This document shows, piece by piece, positions 36,831 to 51,158 of a stretch of DNA of 64,000 nt. The translations under genes and the position numbers were made by a program. The stretch spans positions 22,134,001 to 22,198,000 of the forward strand of contig OZ249447.1 of assembly GCA_965235115.1 (NCBI GenBank), written 5' to 3'. The DNA is from Laetmonice hystrix. Lineage: Eukaryota. The notes under the pieces are model-generated. The model did no database searches. It saw only the letters and a program-made list of their open reading frames with translations, and was not told the DNA's origin. Every line of letters begins with the position of its first letter. Position 1 is the first letter of the stretch.

Positions 36831-39800
36831 AAAACTGCAGACATGTTATAGACAGAACATCCGTTTTTTTAGTCGTATCAGATTTTTTTATCAGGCACAA
36901 GCTTATATCTACCACATAGTATGAGTATAATATTGTAAATATACTGATAATACTAGGCTAGTTATAAGGCAAATTTCCTGAAATCATAAGCCTCAATGTT
37001 GGTGGTGGTACTAAACACCCAGAAGAAGCCCGTTACAGGATGAAGTTACTTTAGGCGCCTCCAGTTTGACATGCGAGTTACGTGTGCTCGCTGAAAGGTA
37101 ATGTGAGCGGGCTAACGAATACACAGCTCCCTGTCTGATGGACTCGACCAACGTTCTTGCTATAGTACAAACATACCGGCACACTGCAGTCAAAGTCAAC
37201 CACGTCTGTAGATATACCTTGAGGAACTCTTTCATGATTAAGGAACATTCTTGTCATATAAAGAATGATTCAAAAGAATTGATAATTTCCCAAGTGGCAC
37301 ACAGCCCCCCCCTGGCGTATGTCGGCTGTGGACTTCTGAGAGCTAGGCTGATATGAGGAAGGAAAGAGGAAGTTAACTGGGCCACTTGAACCCATTAACC
37401 CCTCAAGTGGGCCTGTTGTACATCTTACCAGTGTAACTTACACTTGTTGGTGTGCCAACACATCAACTTGCCTTCCGGGCAGACCACTCAAGATCCTATG
37501 GTTTGCACCTTGTGACCTGGCCTAACCTGTTGACCCCTGTCACTTTACACGAGCAGAGCATTAGTTTCTTTGGTTGAAGTCTTCTTAACCTCATTCTACC
37601 GGAGTTTGTATTTTGAAGTAAAGCAATTAAAACTTCATACCGGTAAAACAAAGAAGACGTTAAAGGGACAATGTTAGCTGAGAGTGTATAGTGATAGTTG
37701 TATTGGTATACGGTGCCTGACATTATGTAAGGTGGTCGTGAGGTGACCTGGAGGTTGTCACCTCACTCAGGCCACCTCTCACCTCGGTCTGTGTCCGTCC
37801 CCTCGGCACAGGAAGGAGCCCAGACAATGTGATTAGGTCACGTCAACACCTTTGATTTCAGCCACTAGAGGCAATCAGTGTACTGTCTGTAATTAACACT
37901 TCATGCTAATCATCTCGCTATGAAATGACCCGTTATTTCTGGAAGAGGAATACCAATCGATTGGTGTCCAGGCGGGAATGATTGGTAAGTATGCTACAGG
38001 ATCGTGGCTAGAACATCAATGGGAGGACGTATGTGTGGAAAGTGAAGCCACCGAATTAAAGTGGGATGGGATAGAATTTTCCGTCTGTCTTGGGTAGATT
38101 TAGCAGGATTAACACAAGTTTAGTCATAGAATACTGATACACACTGGTGCTAATGGTATGTTTGTTGTATGTCTGACGTTATTGTAATGAAGCAAGGTCA
38201 AAGTGAGCGTGACATGAGATGGGTACTTGCCATAGTTGGAGCGGTCTGAACTGAAGCTATGTGAGGACAGATGGTGCTCGCCAGCAGCAATGTGATGACC
38301 GCTGATGGTATACTAATGGTCAAGAGGTCAGTGGAGGTCTGGGTTAGCCAGTCGTTTGACCCCCAGCTGGCCAGCCAACATGGCCGACGTGCAACCACCA
38401 AGGTTATTTTGAAGTGATACAGTAGGTTATATGAAGCCGTGACAGGGAGTGGATACACAAGTGCTACACTTTAAATGAACATAAAACAGAATGGTGTCAT
38501 TCTATTTTTTTTACCGAACACAACTTACAAATGGAATAACAAAGGTTGTGTCACAATTACCGTAGAGGATATAAGTCTTTCATTCTGTTTCCAAATTGAT
38601 GACATCTTTCAGGAGTCGTATACCCTGATGCGCCATAATATGGGACTTTAAGCTAGGATTCCATTCATGTGTAACCGTGTGCGGGTTAAGGACGGTGGTG
38701 ATGGGGGCATAAACAAGCAGGTATCCAGGAGTCAGTCAGGCGGAACCGCCAGAGTGTGCTTCTTGTGGTGTGTCTCTTTTGACTGGGCTAGGGTCAGTTA
38801 TTGGTCAGTGAATAAAGTGTGTAAAGTTATGGTGAAAGGACTCTTAGAATTGGTTGTAAAAAATTGATTGCACTTCTCGATACATACGACACGATGTCTT
38901 TGATTTATATGTGTTCGTATTACCTGTCTTTACGTCACTTTCACTGTCACGTCTTCAAACATTTATAATGGCTTGAAAAGGAATCTTTGGCAACTGTTTG
39001 AGAACGCCGGAGTAAATATTTATTATTGTCAACCACTCCTCTGTCATGCTTCATGGGTATTTCCGCCCTCTGGCGTAAAACGTTGATACTACACTATCTT
39101 TATGAGCGCTCCCATCAAGAGTGTCATTGCATTGTTATCACTGTAGGTTATTAGGGAATTTATAGTCGGAAAACATTCATATTGAGAGGGAACAGTGACA
39201 CCTGTCGTTAACCGTAGAGGGCAGTGTCTCTCCCGTAGTAGGATTGGCAGTTACCTGGCAGGTAATGTGAGGGGGGAAGATACCTGCAGCAAGGTCCCAT
39301 TTCCATATACTACTTACATCCCGTACTGTGGGATTCAATGGACATATTGTTTCAGTTCTGTTAGCAAGGTTCCGCATGTCGGGAGGTCACCTGTATCTCA
39401 ACTACACAATCTAGAACATGGTAATTAGATCAAGATGGTATCTCAAACAATATTCATTGTGGTACTTCAACGCCATGTGCTCAAGTCGTCCGAGAGATTT
39501 CAGAAGATTTTTCCCCCTCGGGGGTTCGTTATTGTACTCCTCAGTCTTTACGTTGGATATGATCAAACAATGTAACACTTTAATTAGTTTTAAACGATCA
39601 TTTCAAAGCTGAATAAGGTTAGCTTATGTGTTAATTAGATGTAGAGGTGTCAAGTTAAGGCACGGTCGGCGCAGTACCTTGATGTAAAGAACAGGGTACG
39701 GGCCATAGTGTTAAGGTGACTTTACGAAGAGGAGGGGGCGGTCTTTGTTTCTAACTCCCTGTGGAATCCAGTGTAGACTGTCTACAGCTAACTAGCACAG

Positions 39801-40075
39801 TCACGAGCCAACTTAAAGACAAAGTTTGAGACTGCGGGCATGTTGGCATGGAGCTGGCCAGGTGTTGGCATGGTGCCCCGTTCACTGCCCTGCATGGGTT
39901 GTTGTGCCCCCCACCCACCCACCCAGCTCAGTCTGACCCACCCACCAACCTACGGATATGTAACAGACTGTAGGGTGGGAAGGTGGGAAGGACCAGGCGG
40001 ACTCCCGGCATGTGTTAATATAACGGGGAGAAACAGCGATCTGACGACAGGTGGGGACGAGTGACTACAAGTTCC

Positions 40076-40158
40076 TGACCGTCACTGACAGCCTTGTGTA
40101 GAGTAGGACTGTACGTTGACCGTCACTGACAGCCTTGTGTAGAGTAGGACTGTACGTT
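40076..40158 (+). repeat. 41-bp perfect tandem duplication
   Basis: TGACCGTCACTGACAGCCTTGTGTAGAGTAGGACTGTACGT at 40076 and 40117. Confidence 0.93.
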
Positions 40159-43100
40159 CTATGTAAGCGGGGTGTCGTCAGTCTCCAGTGGTCAAGAGGA
40201 CAGGATACCTTTCTGAGGTTGAGCTGATACGAGCCGGGGTACTCATGGGAAGTCGGTACACGTAGGGCCTATACTGGGGCCGAGTGAAGATTTTGAAAAG
40301 AAAAAATCGGGGGGGGGGTCCCCTGCAAAGGGCCTGGACCCCCTCGGCCCACCCCTGGATCCGCGCCTGCACATTCAGGTGACCCAGTGTCATCAGGAAT
40401 CTGTACACCTATAAACATGACAAGAAAGTACATGACTGTCTATTCTTAGAAGATGACAAGGGACAGGAGCGTTGGTAATTGATAGTACTGGAGTGGTTAC
40501 TTGCTGTTACTTGAAAAAAAGAAAGAAAAGAAGAGCGGGAAAAAAAGATAGTAAGAAAAAGACGACGGGCTCTCAAGTGTGGTGTGTCGGAATTCAAACA
40601 CTGACATTGAAGTCGATATGTGGATCGACCTGGTTGAGAGAGAATGGTAGAGAGAGAGACTGAGCTGAACTTAGCACACAATTGGCCGCGTCTGATCCAG
40701 CAGACAGCAGTTGGCCGCCTTCCAAGCGGATGGCTGCTTTGTGGTGTGAAGTCTGTCTGTGATGTCAAAAGGGACGTATTTACCACCAAAGGCAACATCC
40801 CTGCGATTGTTGCTACCTGCTCTCGTGTCCGCTGTGCCAGGCTGTAACACAGACGTCGAGTTAAAGAGCTGTGTAACCCATAGTTCAGTATCGGCAGAAA
40901 GAACATTGGATACACACTGATTTACGGCCTGCAGTTTCGCCATGGAAAGCAACGAGAAGGCAGCCTCCATCCTTTCTCTTCTTTGCGGAGGAACTTTAGC
41001 CAAGAAAGTAAGTTTTGGGGTTATGATTGGTTAGGAAGTATACGGTTGCGGTTGTTTCGATTGCTGCGGTTATTTGTCGCGTGTTTTTGGTTGCGGAAAG
41101 GTTGGACGTTTTTAGACATCCTCAACGTAAGCGTGACCGCAGACCTGGCGCCCTCTGGCGATTTAAGTGAGAAGTAAGTGGGTGTTGACGACGTCGTGTG
41201 TCCATGCTGGGAGCATAGAGCCGTGGACCGACCTGATGTCGTCATATACATATATACACGGTCCTCCGGGGGAAATATAACAATACCTTTGGCACCGTTC
41301 TCACACGATAAACAACACTTGTTTGCGGGTAATCTGTATGAGTAGTCGAGCTAGTAGCACCAGGGTGCCTGAAAAACTGACAACACTTCTGGCTATCTTG
41401 GCTGAAGTCCATGTTATGTTAAAGTACCCCTATATATGCCATTATATGTAGGAGGGGCGGGAGTTATGCTGGTTGCATTCTACTTAACACTGAAGGCTTA
41501 TTGACGTTTTTGAGTCATCGTTTTGGAGTGAATCCAAGTAGGTGGCCTGACTCATTATTGAACGTCAGTGTATAATGCAAGTGGCCAGCACACTGATGAT
41601 CCTTGGCTATACTGGTAATAACTGTAACCTTGGTTAACCTTGAGCTGGTCAAGGTGGGAGGAGGGATGGGGCAGACCGGGGTGGTCGATGAGGGAACTTC
41701 GAGCCTCATCACAGGTCAGGAACACCGGTTTTATTGTAAACCATTGTCCCTGGTATAACTTTTTACTTATGATGATAGGAGACAGGAGCATCTTGTTATG
41801 TGTACGCTTTTGGTTGAGAGGGAATGTAGTGTTTGTCGAGTTATCAAGAGATTGATCACGAATAGTCAAGTAGTATACGTGGAAAAATGTTATGTTGTGA
41901 CCACATGTGTAACTGAGTTGGCAGCCTCTCTCAGATTGACGTTTATCAGTTAACAGTTAACAGTTAGCCGGGAGTATACCCGTCACTGGGCACGTTTTGT
42001 ATAGATGTGTCCGGAGAAATTGATATGTAACTGAGTTGGTGGCCTATCTCAGGTTGACGTTTAAAAGTTAGGCCTACCTCACTTATCCACAGGATTGATA
42101 TTGTACCACTTTAGTCAACCTACTCGTGTCAAACCAACTATACCTAACGCCCTCTGTTGACATGTTCCTGAACTAGGCTGTTAGGATTTCTCTCGCCTCT
42201 CTTGCACCAATTACGATTCGGCGACGAAAGACGGCCTACAGCTTTGGTTCAAGGTTGCATGAATTCAGTTTAATAACCTATGATATACTTAGGAAAAACT
42301 TCAAATTTGAGATTAATTATGATTCTTGAGTTGCCGCTTCTGACCATAGGTGGCTGTGTGGAGACTGATAAGTTGTCACGTGGCGAGGCAGGATGTTGGT
42401 TGGTTGGATCTTTCGGTCACCTTGCCTGGCCCAGCAATGCCGGTAATACTCACCAGGTGGTGCTAACTCAGCTACCTGGCCTTTGTCACTGATCAGGGTG
42501 TGGAACCTTATTCAGTAGGGGTTGAAAAGGAAGCCATGTTAACAAAAGGTCAGTAGAAAGCTGACATCATTCTATCTCAGAATTCGAGAAATGTATGTCC
42601 AGTGGGTTTTGGGTAAATAATTATGACAAATGACCCCTTTGCCGTTTCTGGTCTTCTGTAGGCATTTCATTTTCTGACATCTCGCGATCTTGAACACCAT
42701 AGGGGATCCGTTCAGTTCAAAATGGATACATCGTTCCTCATGGAAATATGTATCCATTCTGACCGACTATAAATCAGGCTCTTATTGCTGATATCAATTG
42801 GCCTAAAGGAGAAAAATGAGAACTAAACAAAGGGCAATTTAAGGGTAATGTGAGCCCGGCTTGGCCAGGGTGGCGGCGGTGGTCGATCTGTCTATGGAGA
42901 CTGGGGTGGTGTTGATATAAGTAGTCGAGTGTTGCCGGAGGGAGGCGAGCCTTGGCACACAACATACAAACATAGCTGCCATCCCAGCAGGCAGCTCACT
43001 TTGATGTGGCACCAGGGTTGATAATACCAGCCATCTGAACACATAGTCCGAGTTAAGTGCTCAACACGCCCGGCCATGTCAGTTGTCTCAGACACCGTTG

Positions 43101-44900
43101 GTGGCTCTGTTCGGTTTTATATAGATCCGGACGATCGAACTGAAATAGAGCAGGAAAGAGTTAATAAAAGTGATTGGTATTTTCTGTTTCCATCCAACAA
43201 CGATTGACAATTCTTTTGGCCAGAAAAAGAGGAAGGGGGAACAAACCGTGTTACGCTACATTTGGTTAATAGACGTGGAAAGAAAGCAGATGATCCTCAT
43301 TTGATCAGGGAAGTCTGCTGTAGATTAACCCAATCCAATAAAGATTAGCCCAGCTTGATTGATGTAGGCCAGAGTTGTGTTATGTTTTATCTGGGTGGCT
43401 GTAGTGGTCGTGTTGCACACAGTGAGAGGGAAAGGACCTGTCTAGGTTGACAGGCAGGAGTATTATCAGCGATCGGCACAAACCACAAGAACTCTTGTTA
43501 CAGCTAAAGATGTGACCAACAAAGTTATCATCGTATGTAAGGCTGCCAAGTAAAGATCTGAGTGTTTGACGGATCCAACCGGACCCACTGCCCTGTCTGG
43601 TGCCCCACCGTCTCCTAATCTAGACCTTCACAGGGCCATGCCAATTAGGACCCTATCTGCCATGCCACCCGCTGCCCAGACCTGCTGCCCGTCCCTTTGA
43701 TCGTAGAGATCCAAGGCGACCATCAGCTGCTGTAGGTTGTCTGTTTGCGCCTACTAAATGGGCCATGCCATGTGTTTGTTTTAATCGGCCATGCAGATGC
43801 CAAAGGTGCAATGTGGAGATGATTGAGAGATACGAGCACAGGCAGCGGGGCTGACGGAGATGCTGCATGTCGAAGAGTTTCGGGCAAACGTTGATGTAGA
43901 GTTTGGAGAGGTATAGCAGTGTGGAGCAGGTGTATTTCTGTTCAGTGTCAGGCAGAACACGTTCAATGAACACCTAATTCAGTGGATAGATGGAGATGGG
44001 AACATGGGATTCTCCACAGACGTCCGCGATAGTTAGGTACTTTATGAACTGTGAACGGTCGCGCTAAGCGTGTAGGTGCTGCCCCCTGGAGTATAACGAG
44101 CGAACTACCAATGACTTCCTAGAATCCTATTAGCCGTCTCATCAAGTCAATTCAGTCTCTATGTGACTCGTTAAGGGTCTCAATATAACCCTGCAGACCA
44201 TTTCCTTGTTTTGGTCCCAAATTTCTCATTGTAACTTGAAAACGACATGAACTGACCTGAAGTAAATTAAACACGGCCCTATAAAGTATATATGTCTATC
44301 GTAGGCAGGGCAAGGAACAGACAAGGGCCAACTGTAAAAACGCGTCGAGAGTTCTTAGCCAACATGCCGTATAAATCACAGAATGCAGAGTGAAATTAAT
44401 GATCTACCTTAGTGGCCGATGGTCGTGAACAACTCCTTCACATGTTGGCTGGCATGTCGTTGGAGGTGTCGGGTCTGTTTGAACTGGCCTGACTCACAGG
44501 GCAATCACCTCGGCAGAACAGCACTCAGCGAGTCGGCAAACTGGCCGATTGCACCATTACTTCCTCTTTAGATCTGCAGCGAAGAAATTAAAGAATTCCT
44601 TGTAAATTGATGCAGTGGTTTCTATGGGAACAAGGATGTAGCGCAGGAAGGCTGATTAGAATGTAATGTGTTTCTATGTAGCTCTCGGTTATTGGAGGTC
44701 AGGAAGTGGTTATTGGGAGGTGTCGGCAGTGTTCGCAGGAGACTACCAGAACGAGTAATTGAGCGCTGCTATTTAATTGGGTCCATTTTATGGCGGGCTA
44801 TTATTTAGGGATGAGGCGTGAATTGATTAATTTCGAATGATATATCGTTATTGTATTTTGGTTGATTATATCTACATGGAACTTTATATCTTCATATTGG

Positions 44901-45053
44901 NNNNNNNNNNNNNNNNNNNNNNNNNNNNNNNNNNNNNNNNNNNNNNNNNNNNNNNNNNNNNNNNNNNNNNNNNNNNNNNNNNNNNNNNNNNNNNNNNNNN
45001 NNNNNNNNNNNNNNNNNNNNNNNNNNNNNNNNNNNNNNNNNNNNNNNNNNNNN
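44901..45053. other. Assembly gap (153 N)
   Basis: Run of N abutting a CT microsatellite. Confidence 1.
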
Positions 45054-45098
45054 CTCTGTATCTCTCTCTCTGTCTCTCCCTGTGTCTCTCTACCTCTG

Positions 45099-45174
<76 letters not shown>
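45054..45174 (+). repeat. (CT)n microsatellite, imperfect at its 5' part
   Basis: Directly visible. Confidence 0.98.
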
Positions 45175-45178
<4 letters not shown>

Positions 45179-47655
45179 AGTCTCGTTGCTCACGACCTAC
45201 GACCTTTTGCTGATCTCAGCCATCTGCAGACTTAGCATCAATTAATCGCTCTAGATGTAGTGTTAGAAGTGACACATGTTGCCAGAAGCGTGGTGGTGGA
45301 TGAGTAGGTATGGATATAGGTCGAGGAAAGCCTCAATGAGTGACCAATCAGTGAGGTCATTGCCGAGTAACCCAACCAATTACTACATGCACGATTGCTA
45401 CCTTCATTCACACAAACTGTGCATGTTCACCGCCCATATGGACTCTACCCATCACTCGTAAATTTCACGGAGGATAAAAAAATTGAAGTGCATGCCAGTA
45501 AAAGCATACTGCTGTCCTCAGGTGGTTGTGCTCTGCATGTTGTGTTTTATACCAATGTCACATGCAATGTTGACATATTACAAGATTAGGTTCCTTGGCC
45601 CGATGAGATAAAAAATACTTTTCAGCATCACGTTTGCCTGGGGCAACATGCACGAGACATGCTAGCTTGAGAAAAAAAAATCTCGAAACCATTATTGCGA
45701 TGAAATAACATAGATTAAAAACGCCTTCATGATCAATATTGAGTAAAGGTATTCTTTTTTTATATCGTGACTGGTTCTCCTGAGGAATGTGCAGTGCTTA
45801 AGGCCACTTTGGAGTCAATACACTGATTAAGGGGGGATGGATTAAGTTGTGCAAGGTACCAGTGACTTATGTATGACCTGATCAAAATCCTTTAATTGGG
45901 AAACAAAGTGGGAACAGATTGTCTTTTACAAAGCACTTTGTAATATTATTATAAAAAGGATGAGTTTGTTTGAAATGAGCGATGAGCCTGTAAACAATGG
46001 CCGCGTGTCTGCCGGCGAGGTGAGGTAACGAGTTGAAGGGGAGCTTCGGACAACGCCCTGACCCGAGGTCAAGTTGACCACCCAATCACCGGACATCTGC
46101 CCGCCTCGCTCCAACTACACTCTCAGCGGTCAGTCCATAAATCACTGACCACCGCCTCGCCCACTCCTGATGGCGGTGGTCAGTCTGCTCATCTTCGCTG
46201 GATTAATTAGGTCAGATTTATGGGGGAACTATGGTTAATTGGGTCAGCTTGATGTCTGTGGGATTGACTGGGATGGTTGAGGGGGTTGTACAGGGGGTTG
46301 GTTGGGACCAGCCTGATACAGCCTGAGGACACAGACAGAGCGGTTCGTTTATAGAGTGTGACTCTGAGGTACTCCGACGTTCTTACTATACGATTACCAG
46401 CTTTGTCCTAGAACTGATTTGAATCACAAGGGAACAAATTAAAATATTAATGCCTCTCAGAAGTGATTTTAAATCCATACCTTCTCTATTTTTGGTCATA
46501 TTATTGTCAGATTTAGATTATTGGGCAGTTTCTCAGAAAGTCGCAGATTCTGCTGAACTGCAGTGGTGATGAGCCGACCTAAGAAGATGGGTCGGGTAAA
46601 GTAGAAGGCTGTACGAGATTTGTTACACTGAGCCGTCAGCCAGACAGCAGATCTGTCCGACGGGTAGGAAAGGTGGCTGCTGTTTGGTCTGGTTACCGTT
46701 AAAAAATAGTTGAGCAGTCTGTGAACAGCAGGCTTAATGTAGGCCGATTGATGATCGTATTAAAACACCCCGCTGGTCGTATGTCCGTTAGCTTGGTGTC
46801 TGACTCCAGGTGCACACACATGATGGCACAATCAAAAGTGTTTACAATATAATAATTATATCCACACCAATAAGTTTAATCAAATGAACAACTAGTGCTT
46901 GGTTATCAGTGGCATCCATCTAACTGTAATGTAACGGTTAGAGGAGTACAGAGAGACGTTTTCACACCTCAGGGGGCAGAATTTTAATCACTCCCTGATA
47001 CAGCTGACGTGTGTAGAGAGCCGGCCGGGTGTCTGGGGTGGGTGTGATGGGTTTGTTACCGAGACAAACTCGCTAAGTTCACGGCCGTCGACTTTTCTAC
47101 ACACACCTTCAAAACTGTTATTTTGTGAATTCATGGGGGCCACTTTAAATGGGTGATGGATGGGGGAATGTTACTAACCACCCGGCACATGGTGGCCGGC
47201 GGATATTAGAAGGGAACAAAGAGTTGTCTGGGTGCCACCCGTTGTGGTGGGCGGCTGTGTGCTAACAACGGGGAAGGGCACATGTTTGTGCCCATCAGAG
47301 GCATAGAAATGGGCAATGGATTGAGGGGGAGGTGGAGGGATGGCGGAATATGGAGACCCAGCCGGCGCTACCACCCACCGAGTCTTACTGTCAAATCGAA
47401 CAATTTATCTCAAACTCAGGTTCATCGTCAGTTCACATCTAGCCTCTGCTAGCACACAACATATGCATGCACTATTAATTCCGGGAAATTCATGGGTACG
47501 ACCGATGACTTAATGTGGTTTTCTTCTGACCTTCATTAAAGTTTCTGTTTTATCAACTTCTGTACAGAATATAACGAACTGCGTTAATTAAAGTTGGCTT
47601 GGAAATGATGAAGGTGGGCGTGAGTATTTACAACGCGACAGATTGCACATACAAC

Positions 47656-48809
47656 CAAGGTTAGAAATCAAGTGAGTTACTTCACCGGCAAGGTTAGAAA
47701 TCAAGTGAGTTAGTCTACCAGCAAGGTTATAAATCAAGTGATTTAGTCCACCGGCAAGGTTGGAAATCAATTGATTTAGTCCACCGGCAAGGTTGGAAAT
47801 CAAGTGATTTAGTTCACCGGCAAGGTTGGAAATCAAGTGATTTAGTCCACCGGCAAGGTTGGAAATCAATTGATTTAGTCCACCGGCAAGGTTTGAAATC
47901 AAGTGTTTTAGTCCACCGGCAAGGTTGGAAATCAACTGATTTAATCTACCGGCAAGGTTAGAAATCAAGTGATTTAGTCCACCGGCAAGGTTGGAAATCA
48001 ATTGATTTAGTCCACCGGCAAGGTTTGAAATCAAGTGATTTAGTCCACCAGCAAGGTTAGAAATCAAGTGATTTAGTCCACCGGCAAGGTTGGAAATCAA
48101 TTGATTTAGTCCACCGGCAAGGTTTGAAATCAAGTGATTTAGTCCACCAGCAAGGTTGGAAATCAAGTGATTTAATCTACCGGCAAGGTTAGAAATCAAG
48201 TGATTTAGTCCAAAGGCAAGGTTAGAAATCAAGTGATTTAGTCCACCGGCAAGGTTAGAAATCAAGTGATTTAGTCTACCGGCAAGGTTGGAAATCAATT
48301 GATTTAGTCTACCGGCAAGGTTAGACATCAAGTGATTTAGTCCACCGGCAAGGTTGGAAATCAATTGATTTAGTCTACTGGCAAGGTTAGAAATCAAGTG
48401 ATTTAGTCCACCGGCAAGGTTGGAAATCAATTGATTTAGTCTACTGGCAAGGTTAGAAATCAAGTGATTTAGTCCACCGGCAAGGTTAGAAATCAAGTGA
48501 ATTAGTCCACCGGCAAAGTTATAAATCAAGTGAATTAGTCCACCGGAAGGTTAGAAATCAAGTGATTTAGTCCACCGGCAAGGTTGGAAATCAAGTGATT
48601 TAGTCCACCGGCAAGGTTAGAAATCAAGTGAATTAGTCCACCGGCAAGGTTAGAAATCAAGTGATTTAGTCCAAAGGCAAGGTTAGAAATCAAGTGATTT
48701 AGTCCACCGGCAAGGTTAGAAATCAAGTGATTTAGTCTACCGGTAAGGTTAGAAATCAAGTGATTTAGTCTACCGGTAAGGTTAGAAATCAAGTAATTTA
48801 GAAATCAAC
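47656..48809 (+). repeat. Minisatellite, ~35 units of 33 bp (CAAGGTTAGAAATCAAGTGATTTAGTCCACCGG)
   Basis: Visible tandem copies; explains minus-strand ORFs 47588..48529 and 48535..48792. Confidence 0.97.
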
Positions 48810-48974
48810 TATAAACCAGATTGTGTCCATAACGCCTGATTTTTTGCAAATATTTATTCATGGTGTTATGTGTATTTGCAGTGATCGCTTTTTACGTAAC
48901 TTTTCTCGGAAGTGGAGTAAATGATAGTGAAATGTGACAATTTGATATAAACATGTGTTGAACTAGATGTGAGT

Positions 48975-48987
48975 CGCCATCTAGTGG
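48975..48987 (-). promoter_or_regulatory. CTCF core motif CCACTAGATGGCG
   Basis: Plus strand CGCCATCTAGTGG; perfect match to CCRSYAGRKGGC. Confidence 0.45.
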
Positions 48988-49644
48988 TGTGAAACAGAAG
49001 TTCTGAAGAAGCCTGTAGACGTCAGACGAGAACGTCGGTACCGTGTAATTGTCCAGATCGTGAAGAAAATAACAAAATTAGATATATCTACTGATCGGAT
49101 GGTCCTTTTCCAACCATGCGTTGAAGTTCTGAAAATTAAACGATTTGGCTCTTGGGGAAACAAATCAACAGTGTTTTTCACCGAATAGTTTCTGAATTGA
49201 TCACTGAATATGAAAAAAAGATAAAAAACTTGAGTTCTCAGTTGACTTGTCATAGTACGCTCGTACTTTTATTATAGCTATAGGGAGAACCAAGTGCATT
49301 GCATATCTGTTGGCAAAGTACATGCCTTATTCGTGTCCCCTTATGTCCCATGGAGGCTACTAGAAGGAGAACAAGTTTTTACGTGTTATTGATGACTTGG
49401 CCGGCGTTTTTTTGAAGCGGTAAAGCAAGCCTTACGTTGTCTTCATACCAGGATGCATTCCGAGGTAGAAAACCTTCAACCGCCCCTGTACGTCAGCTTC
49501 ATGTGGGGTGACAGCCGGGTGGTAAAAACAGGAGCCGGCCAGAGTGGTTACTGGCACAATGAACATGGCCCTGACAAGTTGTCAAGTAAATTAGTTGGGC
49601 ATCTCGTTAGTATTTGTAAGTTGCCATAACAGGTCGAGTGTGGC

Positions 49645-49645
<1 letters not shown>

Positions 49646-49690
<45 letters not shown>
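49646..49690 (+). repeat. (GCA)15 trinucleotide microsatellite
   Basis: Directly visible; no convincing coding context. Confidence 0.97.
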
Positions 49691-49697
<7 letters not shown>

Positions 49698-51158
49698 AGA
49701 AGGCGTCGTGAGATTCACCTGTCCGTCCAGGTGTTAGGTTACTCATTATGTTCATTATACCTGTGGTTATCTGGTCACAGTGCCATCACCAGAACAATGG
49801 TGGATACTCATCCACCAACTGATGGTATAGGGGCAAGGCCTACAGGGGGTGGGAGGAGGCGGTGTTAAACTGTGCAGGTCTCGTGTACAAAGGACGCATT
49901 GTATAACACATTCTCACTTTGAAATATGGAGGCGTTGACAGACTTCAAATTATGGTTTCTCAAAGCAGATACTTAGGTTATCTACTGCATGTAATTGTTT
50001 GAAACAACACTTTGGTATTGGAGGAGTACCCTCAGTGATACGCATGGAGCATGCAGGGGATTGACCAGAGGACTGCAGAACTACAGTCGAAAGAGGGCTT
50101 TGGGCTGATGTAGTAAAAACGATTTGGCAGTTTCTTTTTTAAAGCTAGGAAGGTTTGGATTTTTTAGGTCCCCGGACCAATTAGACCTGAGACCCTGGCA
50201 TCAGATGAAAGCCCTCAGAGCCAGTTATGATTTATATATTACAACAGATGTAATATTTGTCAGCTGTCAAAGAGCTGAAGTAAGCCATCATGAGGAGGAC
50301 TGGTCGTAATGGAGGTGACCTTGGGATCAGCTCCAGTGGGCAGTGTCAGGGTCCTGATCCAATAAATGACAGAGGAAGAAACCACGCAGCCATTAGTCAA
50401 ACCGGACCCTCATATAAGGATAGGTCTCACCTGCTGGCTGCCATGGTGGCCAGGTCATCCATCACATCGTTCTATGAGTGGTCATGGCAGATGAAAGTGA
50501 AAGTTTTCAATAATTTCTCTGCTGGCTAGGGCCATGACTTGTGATCGCTCACAATGTGGTTGAACGAGCAGTGGCCAGGGGGATGGGTCATGTATTGTGT
50601 GGGTGACAGACCGCTGGTCTGGACTGGGCCACGACCTGAGCCATGGCCGGTCACATCAGCTGACTGAGGCTGGGGGTGGTCAAACGGGGTGACAGTTAAC
50701 TAATAAATGATATATCTTACATCTCCGCACCTATGGAGAATTCAGGTGCTGTGAATAGCGCAGGGTGTTACGCTGTGATGCAATCTAAGTAGTTTTACAC
50801 TACTATACTATACTAGTAGGTTGTGCCGATGGAATGTTTTTAATACCTTATGATGCCCAAGTGAGTAATTCATGACGTAAGGCTCTATGTGTAGTCCGTT
50901 GAATGAGGAAATATTATAATCTACCGTAATTTTATGATATCGAGTTAGCAGCTCTACAGACAGCACAAAGCGTCCCCTCTAGTGCAATAATTTCACCCTA
51001 CATGAGCTGAGTGGCGGAATGAAAACTTCGATTGGTCAATGTTCCGTGAAGGGGGAGTTGGGCGGCTGACAATGCCCCCCTCCCCGTTCACCAACCAATA
51101 GCCCTTACCCCTCACCGATCTGTGGCTCTCTGGTCCCCCCACTCTTTGCTCCCGCGAG

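Noticed and set aside
40290-40369. MITE-like terminus CCCCTGGATCCGCGCCTG
   Set aside because: Only one end found, with no matching inverted terminus or TSD nearby, so it is not called as an element.
49646-49690. Polyglutamine/polyalanine/polyserine coding tract
   Set aside because: No flanking splice sites or extended open frame support an exon.
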